DNA of 64,000 nt, taken from a virus. Taxonomy: Duplodnaviria; Caudoviricetes. The position numbers were made by a program, and so were the translations under genes. Below are positions 36,001 to 45,728 of the stretch, one piece after another; the first letter of the stretch is position 1; the number at the start of each line of letters is the position of its first letter. Location: positions 64,001 to 128,000 of IMG/VR virus record IMGVR_UViG_3300013105_000022. The stretch is one strand, 5' to 3'. The notes beneath the pieces were generated by a model that was not told where the DNA came from, did not search any database, and worked only from the letters and a program-made list of their open reading frames with translations.

Positions 36001-37721
36001 ACCTTATGGGTACCAACCTGGCCGGGGAATTCGATAATTTCCTCCAGGACATCATGCAGGGCCTCAACGACTTCTCCACAGACGTGGGGAAGTGGATCGA
36101 TTCGACGTTCCTTCCTATGTGGAATGGATTCTGGGGAGGAATCGGTACCGGATTTGGTACAACCTGGAATGTCGTTACAGCTAACTGGAACAAGTTCACT
36201 CAAACTCTGAGTGCTAACTGGAACAAGTTCAGCGCTCAGTTCAAGATCGGATGGGACTCTTACTGGGGCGGAATCCGCAACGGATGGAACTCCTTCTGGG
36301 GTGGCGTAGGAGCAACCTTCCAGGGCGCAGTAAACAACCTAGCCAACGTGTGGTCCGGAATTCAGGAAAAGTTCCGTGGACCGGCCAACTGGGTTATTTC
36401 CAACGTATGGAATAAGGGAATCCTTACGTTCTGGAACAACGTAGCGGGAAGGCTCGGTCTTGCTAAGATCGCCGCCGCTCCGCTGATTGGTGGTGCTCCG
36501 AAGTCACAGGGTACCTCTCTTGGAAAGAGTGTTGGGTCTAAGGCGGCGTCTCGATACGCTAAGGGTGGCGTCTACGGGGATCAGGGTGTCCTTCCTGGAT
36601 ACACACCTGGCCGCGACGTGCACACCTTCCACTCCAACACAGGTGGAACTCTCAAGCTCAGTGGTGGCGAGGCCATCATGCGTCCGGAGTTCACCAAGCT
36701 CGTGGGCGGAATCGCTGGAGTCAACGCGCTCAACAGCAAGGCTCGTAAGGGTCAGCTAGCGTTCGCCACCGGTGGTGTCTACCAGAAGAGCATGGGTAGC
36801 TCTATCGGAAAGAAGGCCGGAACTACTCTTCAGAAGAAGGCTGACAAGGGAGGCGACCTGGATTCTCTAGGTCGCATCTTCACCGACCCTGTAGGATTCG
36901 TAGGTGACGGCCTGAAGAAGGTCGCCAGCACTCTTCTATCCGGCATGAGCAACGATGGATGGTCGGGCGTAGTAAAGAACATCCCAAGTAAGCTCATCGA
37001 CGGAATGGTTGGCAATGTAAAGTCCTGGTTCAGCGCCAACCCTTCCGGAGGCGGAGCGGGCGCGAACAATCTCGGATGGCAGAGGCAGTGGGCCATCATT
37101 CAGAAGCAGTTCCCTAGTGCTCGACTGACATCTGCATACCGTAGCCCCGGTGGTAACGCCGCCGTGGGTGGAGTGAAGGGTTCCTACCACACCCAGGGAC
37201 GAGCCATTGACGTTACGCCGTCTATGGAAATCTTCAACTGGATTCGTAAGAACTTCCCGAACTCCCGAGAGCTTATCTACTCCCCTGCCGGAGGTCGTCA
37301 GCTTCAGAACGGACAGAACAAGCTCTGGGGAGAGCCTGTACGTAGTAACCACTGGGATCACGTTCACTGGGCCATGAAGAATGGTGGCGTCATCCCAGGT
37401 CTATACGACAATGGTGGATGGCTACCTCATGGTGGTCTTGCGGTCAACAAGTCTGGCAAGCCAGAGGCTGTTCTTGATCCTCAGGAGAGTCGCGCACTGA
37501 AGGCACTCCTTGGTGGATCGGGACTCATGGGACGTAGCACCTTGGGTTCATCTCCGGCTTCCGTGCTCTCTCAGGGTGCACCTAAGATCACGGATAACTC
37601 GATCAACATTGATAAGGTCATCATGAACAACCCTGTTCCTGAGAAGCCTTCCACTTCCCTGCCGAAGGCCATTAGGAACATTGCATACATGAGTCTGGCC
37701 CGCACCGGCTCAGATTCCTGA
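33087..37721 (+). CDS. tape measure protein with C-terminal M15-like peptidase
   Basis: Long helical protein with TM segments and W-periodic repeats; TSAYRS..SYHTQGRAID..HWDHVH. Confidence 0.92.
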   Translation: MAEANETRAFYKVVSDFNNLRRDLTRTRQELAKTQAAEKAFNAASVKDRAASTKAATTRAKALASENVSLKAVLSNLTKYRERQRSLLAPVVAATKAINAQNRALKSNATNLSAAAIAAKAYADAQKSISRSTGVSSDALRTQKEFAKAQRKVKFDTDDTTESIKKQNVAIDAAHKLRNRFKGTGKLDNFLDSRSLVRFREEGNKLAPVFRQIEMGGKRAFDSLQKFGNWRPRLVPPFVALIPIIGAVIAALNPLVSLLGAVGGAAIGLSGQIGSLAGAFLALPGILSAVAAGIGGVIASMGGVGNVFKTYGAMQKALGKSPGSGGGQTQEERAEALADAERNLAKAQRNVQKAQENLNKAREEALKDLIDLRQEVGRASLTEERAIADLRLAQEAYWNVMADPGSTLGDKLDAAAKIKEAEADLQDVRKKNIKNQKDLVDAEKKGINQSDKVLDAQESLADAYDAQRKAQRALKTESAGGSSAVQALNDYNAALNELSPSARRFVLAIIGMQDQWKAFRKDLQEEFFGRFVDDLDLLPQALRNLSAFLKPAVGAMGDLAGAFLRMFTSPEWSRDMATIGEQNGDVIRNLGDAALSLSTALKDIVIAAGPFTDWLTGKFAEGAANFSDFVADARETGSLAGWLDNVADRLERWWTIVKNIGRTVFNFSSAASEFGDWITDGLLEMTENWVKFSEEQTKPNSPFKKWLEDIKPLLQAVDDLLGAFFSWFAEEAADPENIQSAIDLLKILTDDVGPALARLMDTLADTDIDEAFLKALTSIIESIDTIMENGGSAAFETFFDIVTGFFEGVAEFTSQIPKPVLEGLLSLLGFLAGVTFVGKFTGLTSLLGAILGFSGKTTLFAAISTMVKDFGKLDKMKFSALLGKAGLLAGIASLIVVTWNQNQNTQPFQDSLGNALTDPTKENVKNARDEGIKDGNGLKWLTGPTSPLNILTGGQSLVNLGAISEILHFIDDLMGTNLAGEFDNFLQDIMQGLNDFSTDVGKWIDSTFLPMWNGFWGGIGTGFGTTWNVVTANWNKFTQTLSANWNKFSAQFKIGWDSYWGGIRNGWNSFWGGVGATFQGAVNNLANVWSGIQEKFRGPANWVISNVWNKGILTFWNNVAGRLGLAKIAAAPLIGGAPKSQGTSLGKSVGSKAASRYAKGGVYGDQGVLPGYTPGRDVHTFHSNTGGTLKLSGGEAIMRPEFTKLVGGIAGVNALNSKARKGQLAFATGGVYQKSMGSSIGKKAGTTLQKKADKGGDLDSLGRIFTDPVGFVGDGLKKVASTLLSGMSNDGWSGVVKNIPSKLIDGMVGNVKSWFSANPSGGGAGANNLGWQRQWAIIQKQFPSARLTSAYRSPGGNAAVGGVKGSYHTQGRAIDVTPSMEIFNWIRKNFPNSRELIYSPAGGRQLQNGQNKLWGEPVRSNHWDHVHWAMKNGGVIPGLYDNGGWLPHGGLAVNKSGKPEAVLDPQESRALKALLGGSGLMGRSTLGSSPASVLSQGAPKITDNSINIDKVIMNNPVPEKPSTSLPKAIRNIAYMSLARTGSDS

Positions 37722-37749
37722 TAAGATATATGTAGGAGGCTAGAAGCCT

Positions 37750-38592
37750 ATGGCACTAAGCACAGATACGTACTGGGACATCAACGGTGTTCCACTTCAG
37801 ACGTATGCCTACAACGTAACCACGTGGGGTGGAGACCTACAAACTCCTCCACCCCTTCGTGGTGAGGATTTGACCATTCCATATCGTCCCGGAACGGTGT
37901 TTCAGACACGTCGCCCTGACGGTAGATCAATGAGCTTCAATATGTGGGTTCAGGGTTCAGATTCCGATGGAAATGTACCTGCCAACAAGACAATGCGCGC
38001 TGAGTTCGAGAAGAACTTTATGATGCTACGCAACCTGTTCTGGAATCAGGGTAAGCAGGTAACAATCACCAAGCGTTGGCGAGACTACACTACGGGTAAC
38101 ATGCGTTCTGCGTCTGCCCGAGCAGTATTCGCAGGAGGCATCGCACCATCCATGCATGGTAATGCTCACGCTAGTTTCTCTGTCGAGATGTACCTATCTG
38201 ATCCCTTCTTCTACGGTGCGGAAGTTACCGCCAACTTTTCCGCCGTGGCTACATCTACGCTAGCTCTGGATGTTCCCGGAGATTACGAGACCACTGATAT
38301 CCTGATCGACTTCCAAGGTGCCCGTAACAACTTCCGTCTCACCAATGTGAGTGAAGCTGTATACGTGAACGTCAATCAGAATCTTGCCAGTGGTCAGCTT
38401 ATCCGTCTCGATGTGAACAACTTCCGAGCGTCCAAGAACCCAACTACATCACCTTCTAACGTGATTGGGTCTGTGACCAACTTTGGTCACCCCTTCTGGT
38501 TCGTCCTACGTCCAGGAGTTCAAAATCTTACTCTATCGTCTTCTTCCGGTACCGGTGCAGGAACACTGAAGTACCGCCCTAGGTGGTTGTAA
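37750..38592 (+). CDS. distal tail (Dit-like) protein
   Basis: Follows TMP; DPFFYG, LRPG, YRPRWL end. Confidence 0.8.
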   Translation: MALSTDTYWDINGVPLQTYAYNVTTWGGDLQTPPPLRGEDLTIPYRPGTVFQTRRPDGRSMSFNMWVQGSDSDGNVPANKTMRAEFEKNFMMLRNLFWNQGKQVTITKRWRDYTTGNMRSASARAVFAGGIAPSMHGNAHASFSVEMYLSDPFFYGAEVTANFSAVATSTLALDVPGDYETTDILIDFQGARNNFRLTNVSEAVYVNVNQNLASGQLIRLDVNNFRASKNPTTSPSNVIGSVTNFGHPFWFVLRPGVQNLTLSSSSGTGAGTLKYRPRWL

Positions 38593-41500
38593 TGGCAGAT
38601 ACTTGGATTGATCTGTGGTCCGGAATTTGGGACAACGTGTGGGGCGTCCTTTACGTCCCTGTGGATGCTGAAGACAGTGAGTACTTCAACACCCAAATTG
38701 AAATCTACGCTGACACCAATACAAATGTCATGCTGGACATTATCAACGCTCGTGTGGAGCCTACCTGCCTCACTGAGCTTCGTGCTCACGGTGCAGGTAG
38801 CTTTAAGGTGTCTAAGAACGATAGCAAGATTCTAGAAAATCCTAGCCTTCTTGACTACCGCAAGTACGTCAAGGTGCGCCTGAATGGCACGGTCGTGGGT
38901 GGGTTCATCATCCAGACAAAGAAGACCGTCATCGTCGGTGAGGGCGAAGAAGCAGACGAGTCCTGGGAGATTTCTGGAGAAGGACAGCGTTCTGCATCTC
39001 GTGACGCCGCTGTGTACCCTGCCCTAGGTCTGAAGGCTACGAGTGCAGACACTCGATACTTCAACTTCGCCACTGAGCAAGGGTCCTGGTACAAGCCTAG
39101 TGAGTGGGCTAACGCAACCACCAACTGGACGATTCGTAACAAGGGAAACCCTTGGGGAACCGCTCCTGCCGAGTGGCCAGACGCCCCACTGGCGTACTGG
39201 ATTTGGGATCGTTGGCCTGCCCCTATGCCTCAGGGATATGTGTACTTCCGCAAGGAGTTCACTGTAGCTACCGCCGCTTCTCACTCCCTGTTCATCGCCG
39301 TCGATGATAGAGCCGAAATCTACGTGGACGGTGAGCTTCTTCTGACGACCGCCGAGAAGGGTTGGCAGACCACCAACCGTATCGACATGGAGCTAGAAGC
39401 GGGTCCCCACGTCATCGGGGTCAAGGCCTACAACATCGCCAGCGGTGCCGCTAGCATGGTCGCATCATTCTTCAAGTTTGGCGACCCTCTAGTTCCTTCG
39501 AGCGCTCAGCTTCTGTTCGTGTCGAACAACACGTGGAAGGTTCGTGGATATCCGGCAGTGGAGCCAGGATGGACCATTGGCGATATTCTGCTGACCCTTC
39601 TAAACGAGGCAAAGGCACGAGGAGTACGCTTCGCAAACAACTGGACACCCACATTTACAGCACTGAATGACAGTGCGGGTCAGCCCTGGGGAGAGCCTAT
39701 TCAGTTCTCTCTCTCGGTAGGTGCTACCTACGAAGATGCAATTTCCGCTCTGGAAGAGATGGGTTGCGACATCTTCGTAGACCCTGATACTCTAGCTGTT
39801 AGCGCCTGGAAGAAGCGCGGATCGGATAAGTCTCTAGGCCCTGGTCCTGTCTACAATCCAGATGCCATTATCTTCTCTCCAGGTCACAACCTTCGAAGCG
39901 CAGAAGAGACGGGTCAGGCTGAGATTGCCAACACCCTCATGCTTCACTCTAAGGAGGGTTGGAAGGAGTCTGCCTACACGGACACGACTTCCATTACTCG
40001 TTACGGTCGCGTGGAGACTCAGCTTTCTACTGACCTCTCCGCCGCCGGTGCCGCACCTATCGTTCAGGAGCTTTTCCGTACCAAGGCCCTGCCTGAAAAG
40101 AGTGCCACCTTCGACATCGTGTCAGTGGATGACATGATTCCGTTCCTCAACTTCAACGTAGGAGATATCGTCTCTGCACCTGGCGAGGTCCCAGGTCTCA
40201 TGGAGTCTCGCAGGATCATGTCTATCTCCTTTTCCGAGGACTCGGGAACAGGAAGGCCTGAGTTTTCCCTGGAGTTCGACACGATCTTCAAGGATCGTCA
40301 GACGGAGCTTGAGAAGTGGGTATCTCGCATCTCTAACTCTTCTGCTATCGGAGGAGGATTCACCAACTCCTCCTCGCTTCCTCCGACCTCTCAGGTGGGT
40401 CAGCCTGGTACACCGGTTGGAAACGTACCAGACGCGCCTACGGGCCTCGTTGTGTCCTCTTTGGGTAAGTTCTCCGCAGACGGAACAAGCTCCTCCGACT
40501 TCGGACTTACTTGGAACCCCGTTGTCACCGGCTCGGGTTTCGGTACCATCACCATTACGCAGTACGAGGTTTGGGGAAGACTAGCGACGGAGACCGAGTT
40601 CTCCCTTCTCGGTATCGTTTTCGATTCCTTTGCCTACCTAACGGGGTTCCGTACCGGAGACTCATGGGTCTTCAAGGTGCGCGCAGTTTCTAGTTCTGGA
40701 GGTCCCGGAGATTTCTCAGAGGAGGTAGCCCTGACCGCCGCTAACCCGGCCATCGTCCTGGGCAAGCCAACAGCACCTTCTCTATCCTCCAGCATGGGTA
40801 CAGTTACCATCCGCTGGGATGGTCTGATTGCAGGAACTCCAGCACCAGGATATGTACGATACGTTCGAGTAGAGCGCACGCGGCAAGGTAGCACGGGTAC
40901 TTGGGAAGAGAAGCGTCGTAACGTGTTCGCTAACCCTTACGCCAAGTCCTCCCTGTCCAGGTTCTCAAGCTCGGGCGGTACTGACGTATCTCTCAGTCTT
41001 CGTACTGACATGACAGCGCCGACGACAACGGCAGTGCGTTCTACCCGAAATAGCACAGCATCTAGCGTCCGCCTGGTGGACTTCATTGCGGGCACGGAGA
41101 TGCTGGCCTCTACCTCATATCGAACCCGTGTCAGGGTACGCTCCTCTCACGAACTGACTGGTGTCATTGTGGCATACAGGCCTGCCGTTGGCACGTCTGG
41201 AGTATCAGTAGTAGCCGACACCGTGGACATCCCCGTAGGAGTCTCCTACGTGGACGTTATCGGATTGACGCACGTGAACGCTCCTACAGCTACGGCAGGA
41301 GTGTCCTTCATTCACTCAGGCGGCACTATCGGTGCGACCCTAGATGTCACGGACATCTCCATCGAGAAGATGCCAAGTGACGGTACTATGGTGGCTGGAG
41401 ACCTCACTTCTTCCGACCCCACAAAGAGGTACCGCTGGCTGGGAACTGCTGACAACTCGGTATCCGTCTACGAAGAGCTTGACGCTTGGGTTGCGGTAGG

Positions 41501-42677
41501 AACGTTGGTACGTGGATCGACTGTTGACGCCTCTGTGCTCACTGGCAAGAGCTACGACTACCGACTGGTAGCGATTGACACATACGGCGGCGAAAGCCTG
41601 GCGTCTGACAAGTCCACCATCATTGTCAAGGGTGTTCAGTCCGGAGACATCACAGGAGGACTGGCTTCTCAGAACCTCGTGGCTAATGGTTCCTTCGAGG
41701 ACGACCTTGCCAACTGGGTTGTCAAGTCCATCTACCCCAACGGTGGTTCATCCGCTGTTGTGGTAACTGGAGGTATTGCCGGGTTCAAGTATCTGCGACT
41801 GACACGTGGCGTCGAGATTCCGGGAGCCGAGACCGAGCTAATTGTTGCTCAAGACTCTGCCAGCCTGGTTCCTATCTCCTCCGTGGGAGCATCCGGATAC
41901 TTTGTATCTGCTAAGGTTGCCTCCTCCACCGCAGAAGCAGAGGGCTTCTCGATGCGAGTCTACTGGTACACTGGCGATAAGGTGACTCCAGCGAGCACCG
42001 CCGTGTCTACAGTAGTGGACGAGCAGAACGTATCTACCACCGCTCAGTACTTCGTGGGTCAGGTATTCCCACCTGACGACGCTAGATTCATGCAGGTAGC
42101 TGTCGTATCTGCTCGCCAAGACAGCATTCTGTTCGTGGATGACGTTGTTGCCCGAGAGGTTATCTCTGAGGGCATGATCGGTCAGGGTGCTGTTACTGCT
42201 CCTCACCTATCCGCAGGTTCGGTAACAGCTAACGCTCTACAGGCCGGATCAGTAACTGCTGATGCACTTGCGGCTGGGTCTGTAGTGGCGGACAAGATCG
42301 GTGCCGGAGAGATTCAGACCAACCACCTTTCTTCGGATGTGGGTGCTTCTCTTGACATTTCTTCGAACGCATCTGTGAACATTCTGATTAACAGGACTGA
42401 TACACTTGAGGGTGACCTTGAGAGTACTCAAGGTGCAATTACGGACCTTCAGACCTATTACTCTTTCACTTCCGAGGGTGCCGTGATCGGTAAGACCGAC
42501 AGCGCATTCAAGCTCTTCCTGAAGAACGACAGGATCGAAATTCTAGAAAACAACGTAGTTGTTTCCTACTGGGACTCAGGACAGATGGTTGTAAAGCGCT
42601 TCGTCGGAGAGGAAGTTGTTCTCGCTAATCACAAGATCGAGAAGTACACCACAGGAACGATTGTGAAGAAGCTCTAA
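38592..42677 (+). CDS. minor tail / central fibre protein with FN3 and carbohydrate-binding-like domains
   Basis: PDAPTGL..W..Y..VRAV FN3; NLVANGSFE; AGSVTA repeats. Confidence 0.85.
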   Translation: MADTWIDLWSGIWDNVWGVLYVPVDAEDSEYFNTQIEIYADTNTNVMLDIINARVEPTCLTELRAHGAGSFKVSKNDSKILENPSLLDYRKYVKVRLNGTVVGGFIIQTKKTVIVGEGEEADESWEISGEGQRSASRDAAVYPALGLKATSADTRYFNFATEQGSWYKPSEWANATTNWTIRNKGNPWGTAPAEWPDAPLAYWIWDRWPAPMPQGYVYFRKEFTVATAASHSLFIAVDDRAEIYVDGELLLTTAEKGWQTTNRIDMELEAGPHVIGVKAYNIASGAASMVASFFKFGDPLVPSSAQLLFVSNNTWKVRGYPAVEPGWTIGDILLTLLNEAKARGVRFANNWTPTFTALNDSAGQPWGEPIQFSLSVGATYEDAISALEEMGCDIFVDPDTLAVSAWKKRGSDKSLGPGPVYNPDAIIFSPGHNLRSAEETGQAEIANTLMLHSKEGWKESAYTDTTSITRYGRVETQLSTDLSAAGAAPIVQELFRTKALPEKSATFDIVSVDDMIPFLNFNVGDIVSAPGEVPGLMESRRIMSISFSEDSGTGRPEFSLEFDTIFKDRQTELEKWVSRISNSSAIGGGFTNSSSLPPTSQVGQPGTPVGNVPDAPTGLVVSSLGKFSADGTSSSDFGLTWNPVVTGSGFGTITITQYEVWGRLATETEFSLLGIVFDSFAYLTGFRTGDSWVFKVRAVSSSGGPGDFSEEVALTAANPAIVLGKPTAPSLSSSMGTVTIRWDGLIAGTPAPGYVRYVRVERTRQGSTGTWEEKRRNVFANPYAKSSLSRFSSSGGTDVSLSLRTDMTAPTTTAVRSTRNSTASSVRLVDFIAGTEMLASTSYRTRVRVRSSHELTGVIVAYRPAVGTSGVSVVADTVDIPVGVSYVDVIGLTHVNAPTATAGVSFIHSGGTIGATLDVTDISIEKMPSDGTMVAGDLTSSDPTKRYRWLGTADNSVSVYEELDAWVAVGTLVRGSTVDASVLTGKSYDYRLVAIDTYGGESLASDKSTIIVKGVQSGDITGGLASQNLVANGSFEDDLANWVVKSIYPNGGSSAVVVTGGIAGFKYLRLTRGVEIPGAETELIVAQDSASLVPISSVGASGYFVSAKVASSTAEAEGFSMRVYWYTGDKVTPASTAVSTVVDEQNVSTTAQYFVGQVFPPDDARFMQVAVVSARQDSILFVDDVVAREVISEGMIGQGAVTAPHLSAGSVTANALQAGSVTADALAAGSVVADKIGAGEIQTNHLSSDVGASLDISSNASVNILINRTDTLEGDLESTQGAITDLQTYYSFTSEGAVIGKTDSAFKLFLKNDRIEILENNVVVSYWDSGQMVVKRFVGEEVVLANHKIEKYTTGTIVKKL

Positions 42678-44758
42678 TGGCAGTAGTTCAAGGAACATTC
42701 AACGGTCGTACGCAGTACTCACTGCAACTGACCGTTACTCAGGGTTCCCAAAGCGTGACCAACAATACATCCGTGGTGTCCGTTTCTCTGAGGATCAACG
42801 AATCCCCTAACTGGGGTTCATGGACCAATGAAGACCTCACATGGTCCTGGAATGTTGCGGGTCAATCTCGATCCGGTTCTACGAGCTACGACTTCCGAAA
42901 CTACGACACTCTCCTTCTATGGTCTGGGTCTATTTCAGTAGCTCACAGGGCAGACGGTACGCAGTCTATTTCCTTCTCTGCCAGCGCCGGTGGTGGAACT
43001 ATTATTGGTTCTGCTAGCTGTAGCGGTTCTATGTCTTTGACGACGATTCCTCGTGCGTCTCAGTCTACGTTTGCGGCGAGCGGTCCTAAGTATCCTGGTG
43101 TTTCTTACGTTATCAACACCAATCGAGCTTCCACAGGATTTACTCACACCCTTCAGTACAACTTCGGTTCTAGTGGATGGGTGACTATTGCCACGGGCGT
43201 CGGAGGTTCCACTTCGTGGACCCCACCAATGTCACTGTTGAACGAGTTCCCAAGCTCCCCTACAGGTGCCGGAGTCATCCGTACGACTACCTACAGTGGT
43301 GGTACCAATATCGGTAGCAAGGACTCCAACTTCACGCTCACCGTCCCCGACGACGTTGTTCCCACTTGGACCTCTGTATCAGTGTCCGAGAATAACTCTG
43401 CTGTCGCGTCCGCCGTGGGTGCCTATGTTCAAAGTGTGTCGAGACTTGAATACGCTATCAACGGAGCCGCTGGTGCTTACGGCTCTACCATCTCTCTGAG
43501 AAGGTTCACCGCCGCAGGACAGACCGTAGACGGTGCTACTGGCGTTACTCCTCTGCCTATCTCCTCTTCGGGAACCGTTCCCGTAACCTGGATGATTCAG
43601 GACTCCCGAGGAAAGCAGAAGACTCAGACTCAGAACATTACGGTTCTCTCCTACGCTACGCCTAAGATCAACTCTGCCACGGTAGTTCGAGCACTCAGCG
43701 ACGGAACACCCGATCCAGACGAAGGAACCTATCTTCGTTTGAGCTTGAATGCTGTTGTGCAGTCTCTGATGAACGTAACCGAGAGGAACATTCTTCAGAT
43801 CAAGGTTCGTGCGCGACTATTCGGAAGCGCTACGCCGTGGACGGATGCTTCGACGCTGAAGGCAACAGTGAACCCGTCAGGAGTCACCTACAACTCGAAT
43901 ATCACGGTGGCGGGACCGTTCGGTGTGGATGATTCCTATGAGATTCGTATTGAGGTACTTGACCGATTCAACACATCTGCATTCCAGACCTCTATCGCTG
44001 TTGGTGCTGTATTTATGCACTGGGGAGACGGTCTAGGTGTAGGAAAGTACCATGAGAACGGAATCCTGGATGTCAATGGTGATATCTACCAGAAGAGCAA
44101 GAAGGTATACTCTCTACAGCAGACTCTCTACTACACGACTAGCGGTACCTTTACGAAGGCAACTTACCCCTGGCTAGCTCAAGTACGAGTGAGGCTCGTG
44201 GGTGGTGGCGGTGCTGGTGGAGGCGCTTTTGCCGGTGGCAGTGGTCACTCATCAGGCGGTGGTGGCGGTGGTGGCGGATATGCCGAGCGTGTAATTCCCG
44301 CCTCTGATCTTGCCTCTAGTGTTACAGTTACAGTGGGTGCCGGTGGTACAGGTTCTTCAGCCGCTTCAGGTGGAGACGGAGGAGCATCTTCCTTCGGCAC
44401 AACAGTTGTAGCTACCGGAGGTCTAGGTGGTGGAACTTTCGCGGCTAACACTCTCATGATCGGCGCACTCTCAGGTGCCGGTGGTGAAGGAACCTCAGGA
44501 TCATTCATTTCCGCCGGTAATCCAGGAACTATGGGAAGTGGTAACGCAACCTTGGCACACAGTGGTAACGGCGGTGGTTCGATGTTCGGTGGCGGTGGCC
44601 AGGGATCATATACGGGCGCTGGTGGTGGTTCCTCTGATGGAGTTGCTGGAGGTAGGTTTGGCGGTGGCGGGGCTGGAGCTAGATCGAACCAGAGCGGAGC
44701 CGCACAAAAGGGTGGAGACGGATACTCCGGACTAGTGATTGTCGAGCTATTCGCGTGA
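42677..44758 (+). CDS. minor tail protein with glycine-rich C-terminus
   Basis: HRADGT, LTTIPRAS, GGGGAGG tracts. Confidence 0.8.
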   Translation: MAVVQGTFNGRTQYSLQLTVTQGSQSVTNNTSVVSVSLRINESPNWGSWTNEDLTWSWNVAGQSRSGSTSYDFRNYDTLLLWSGSISVAHRADGTQSISFSASAGGGTIIGSASCSGSMSLTTIPRASQSTFAASGPKYPGVSYVINTNRASTGFTHTLQYNFGSSGWVTIATGVGGSTSWTPPMSLLNEFPSSPTGAGVIRTTTYSGGTNIGSKDSNFTLTVPDDVVPTWTSVSVSENNSAVASAVGAYVQSVSRLEYAINGAAGAYGSTISLRRFTAAGQTVDGATGVTPLPISSSGTVPVTWMIQDSRGKQKTQTQNITVLSYATPKINSATVVRALSDGTPDPDEGTYLRLSLNAVVQSLMNVTERNILQIKVRARLFGSATPWTDASTLKATVNPSGVTYNSNITVAGPFGVDDSYEIRIEVLDRFNTSAFQTSIAVGAVFMHWGDGLGVGKYHENGILDVNGDIYQKSKKVYSLQQTLYYTTSGTFTKATYPWLAQVRVRLVGGGGAGGGAFAGGSGHSSGGGGGGGGYAERVIPASDLASSVTVTVGAGGTGSSAASGGDGGASSFGTTVVATGGLGGGTFAANTLMIGALSGAGGEGTSGSFISAGNPGTMGSGNATLAHSGNGGGSMFGGGGQGSYTGAGGGSSDGVAGGRFGGGGAGARSNQSGAAQKGGDGYSGLVIVELFA

Positions 44759-45048
44759 GATATGCAATTGTAAAAAATGGCGAGGTCATCAACATCATCG
44801 AGTGGGATGGCTTGGCCGAGTACCTGCCTGCCGAGAACTGTGATGTCTATGACGTAGTTCCTGAGGTATCTATTGGCTGGACTTTTGTCAATGAGGAATT
44901 CGTTGCCCCGGACCCTCCTATCCTTCCGGAGGAGCCTACAGAGGACCCAGCTATTACAGAGGCCAAAGAAGCGGCGTCACAGGAACTGATGGCTTTGGGT
45001 ATCTCAGAAGCAAATGCTCGCATCATTGTCGGTCTTCCTCCTCTCTGA
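44755..45048 (+). CDS. tail fibre-associated small protein
   Basis: MRYAIVKNGEVINIIEW..VSIGW. Confidence 0.65.
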   Translation: MRYAIVKNGEVINIIEWDGLAEYLPAENCDVYDVVPEVSIGWTFVNEEFVAPDPPILPEEPTEDPAITEAKEAASQELMALGISEANARIIVGLPPL

Positions 45049-45071
45049 GAAGCTATCGATACCTCTACGGC

Positions 45072-45080
45072 GCGATAGTA
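45072..45080 (+). promoter_or_regulatory. late promoter motif
   Basis: GCGATAGTA before a GGAGG RBS. Confidence 0.8.
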
Positions 45081-45096
45081 GTAAGCGGAGGTTCTT

Positions 45097-45690
45097 ATGC
45101 TAGAAAACATTCGCAACTGGTTCACGCCAGCTACTCGTGAGAAGGTCTACACGGCTATCGCCGCGCTGGCCCCTATTTTCGTGGCCGCAGGACTCATCAC
45201 TCCCGGAAGTGTTGAGCCGTGGCTTGTCATCGTCGGTGCTGGACTACAGGCTCTTGCCGGTCTTCTGGCTCTTGCTAACCTAAAGCCTACAGACGCCGCA
45301 CGTTGGTTCGGTACAGTAGGCCGTGGTCTCATCTACGGTGGAGCTACTGCCGTAGCTGGTGCCGTCGTTACACTCGGGTTCATCACGCAGGACTGGGCTA
45401 CAGGAGCGCTTACTTACGTGTCCCTGGGTCTGACTGCTCTCCAGGCTGTCCTTGCTGTCGTTACTCCGAAGGAAGTAGCGTTCGCACCTGAGGACATTCC
45501 TGTTGTCGTCAAGGCCGTCGTCACCAAGGATGACGCCGTTGTTGCACCTGTCGTAGAGACGGGCACTGTTGTTGCTACCTCTGTAGAAGAGGGCACTGTT
45601 GTTGCTACCTCTGTTGAAGAGGGCACCATCCCAGCCCCCGTCGTCCTTGAGGAGAACGTTGAGCCTCAGGCTGACGGTCGCGACCTTTAA
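45097..45690 (+). CDS. putative holin (4 TM, internally duplicated)
   Basis: WF..R..Y..TM-TM unit present twice; acidic tail. Confidence 0.65.
   Translation: MLENIRNWFTPATREKVYTAIAALAPIFVAAGLITPGSVEPWLVIVGAGLQALAGLLALANLKPTDAARWFGTVGRGLIYGGATAVAGAVVTLGFITQDWATGALTYVSLGLTALQAVLAVVTPKEVAFAPEDIPVVVKAVVTKDDAVVAPVVETGTVVATSVEEGTVVATSVEEGTIPAPVVLEENVEPQADGRDL
45561..45626 (+). repeat. 30-bp in-frame tandem repeat x2.2
   Basis: GGGCACTGTTGTTGCTACCTCTGT(A/T)GAAGA. Confidence 0.9.
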
Positions 45691-45728
45691 GTAGAAGTAC
45701 CAAGCGGGCCTAGCGCCCTGGAGCTACC

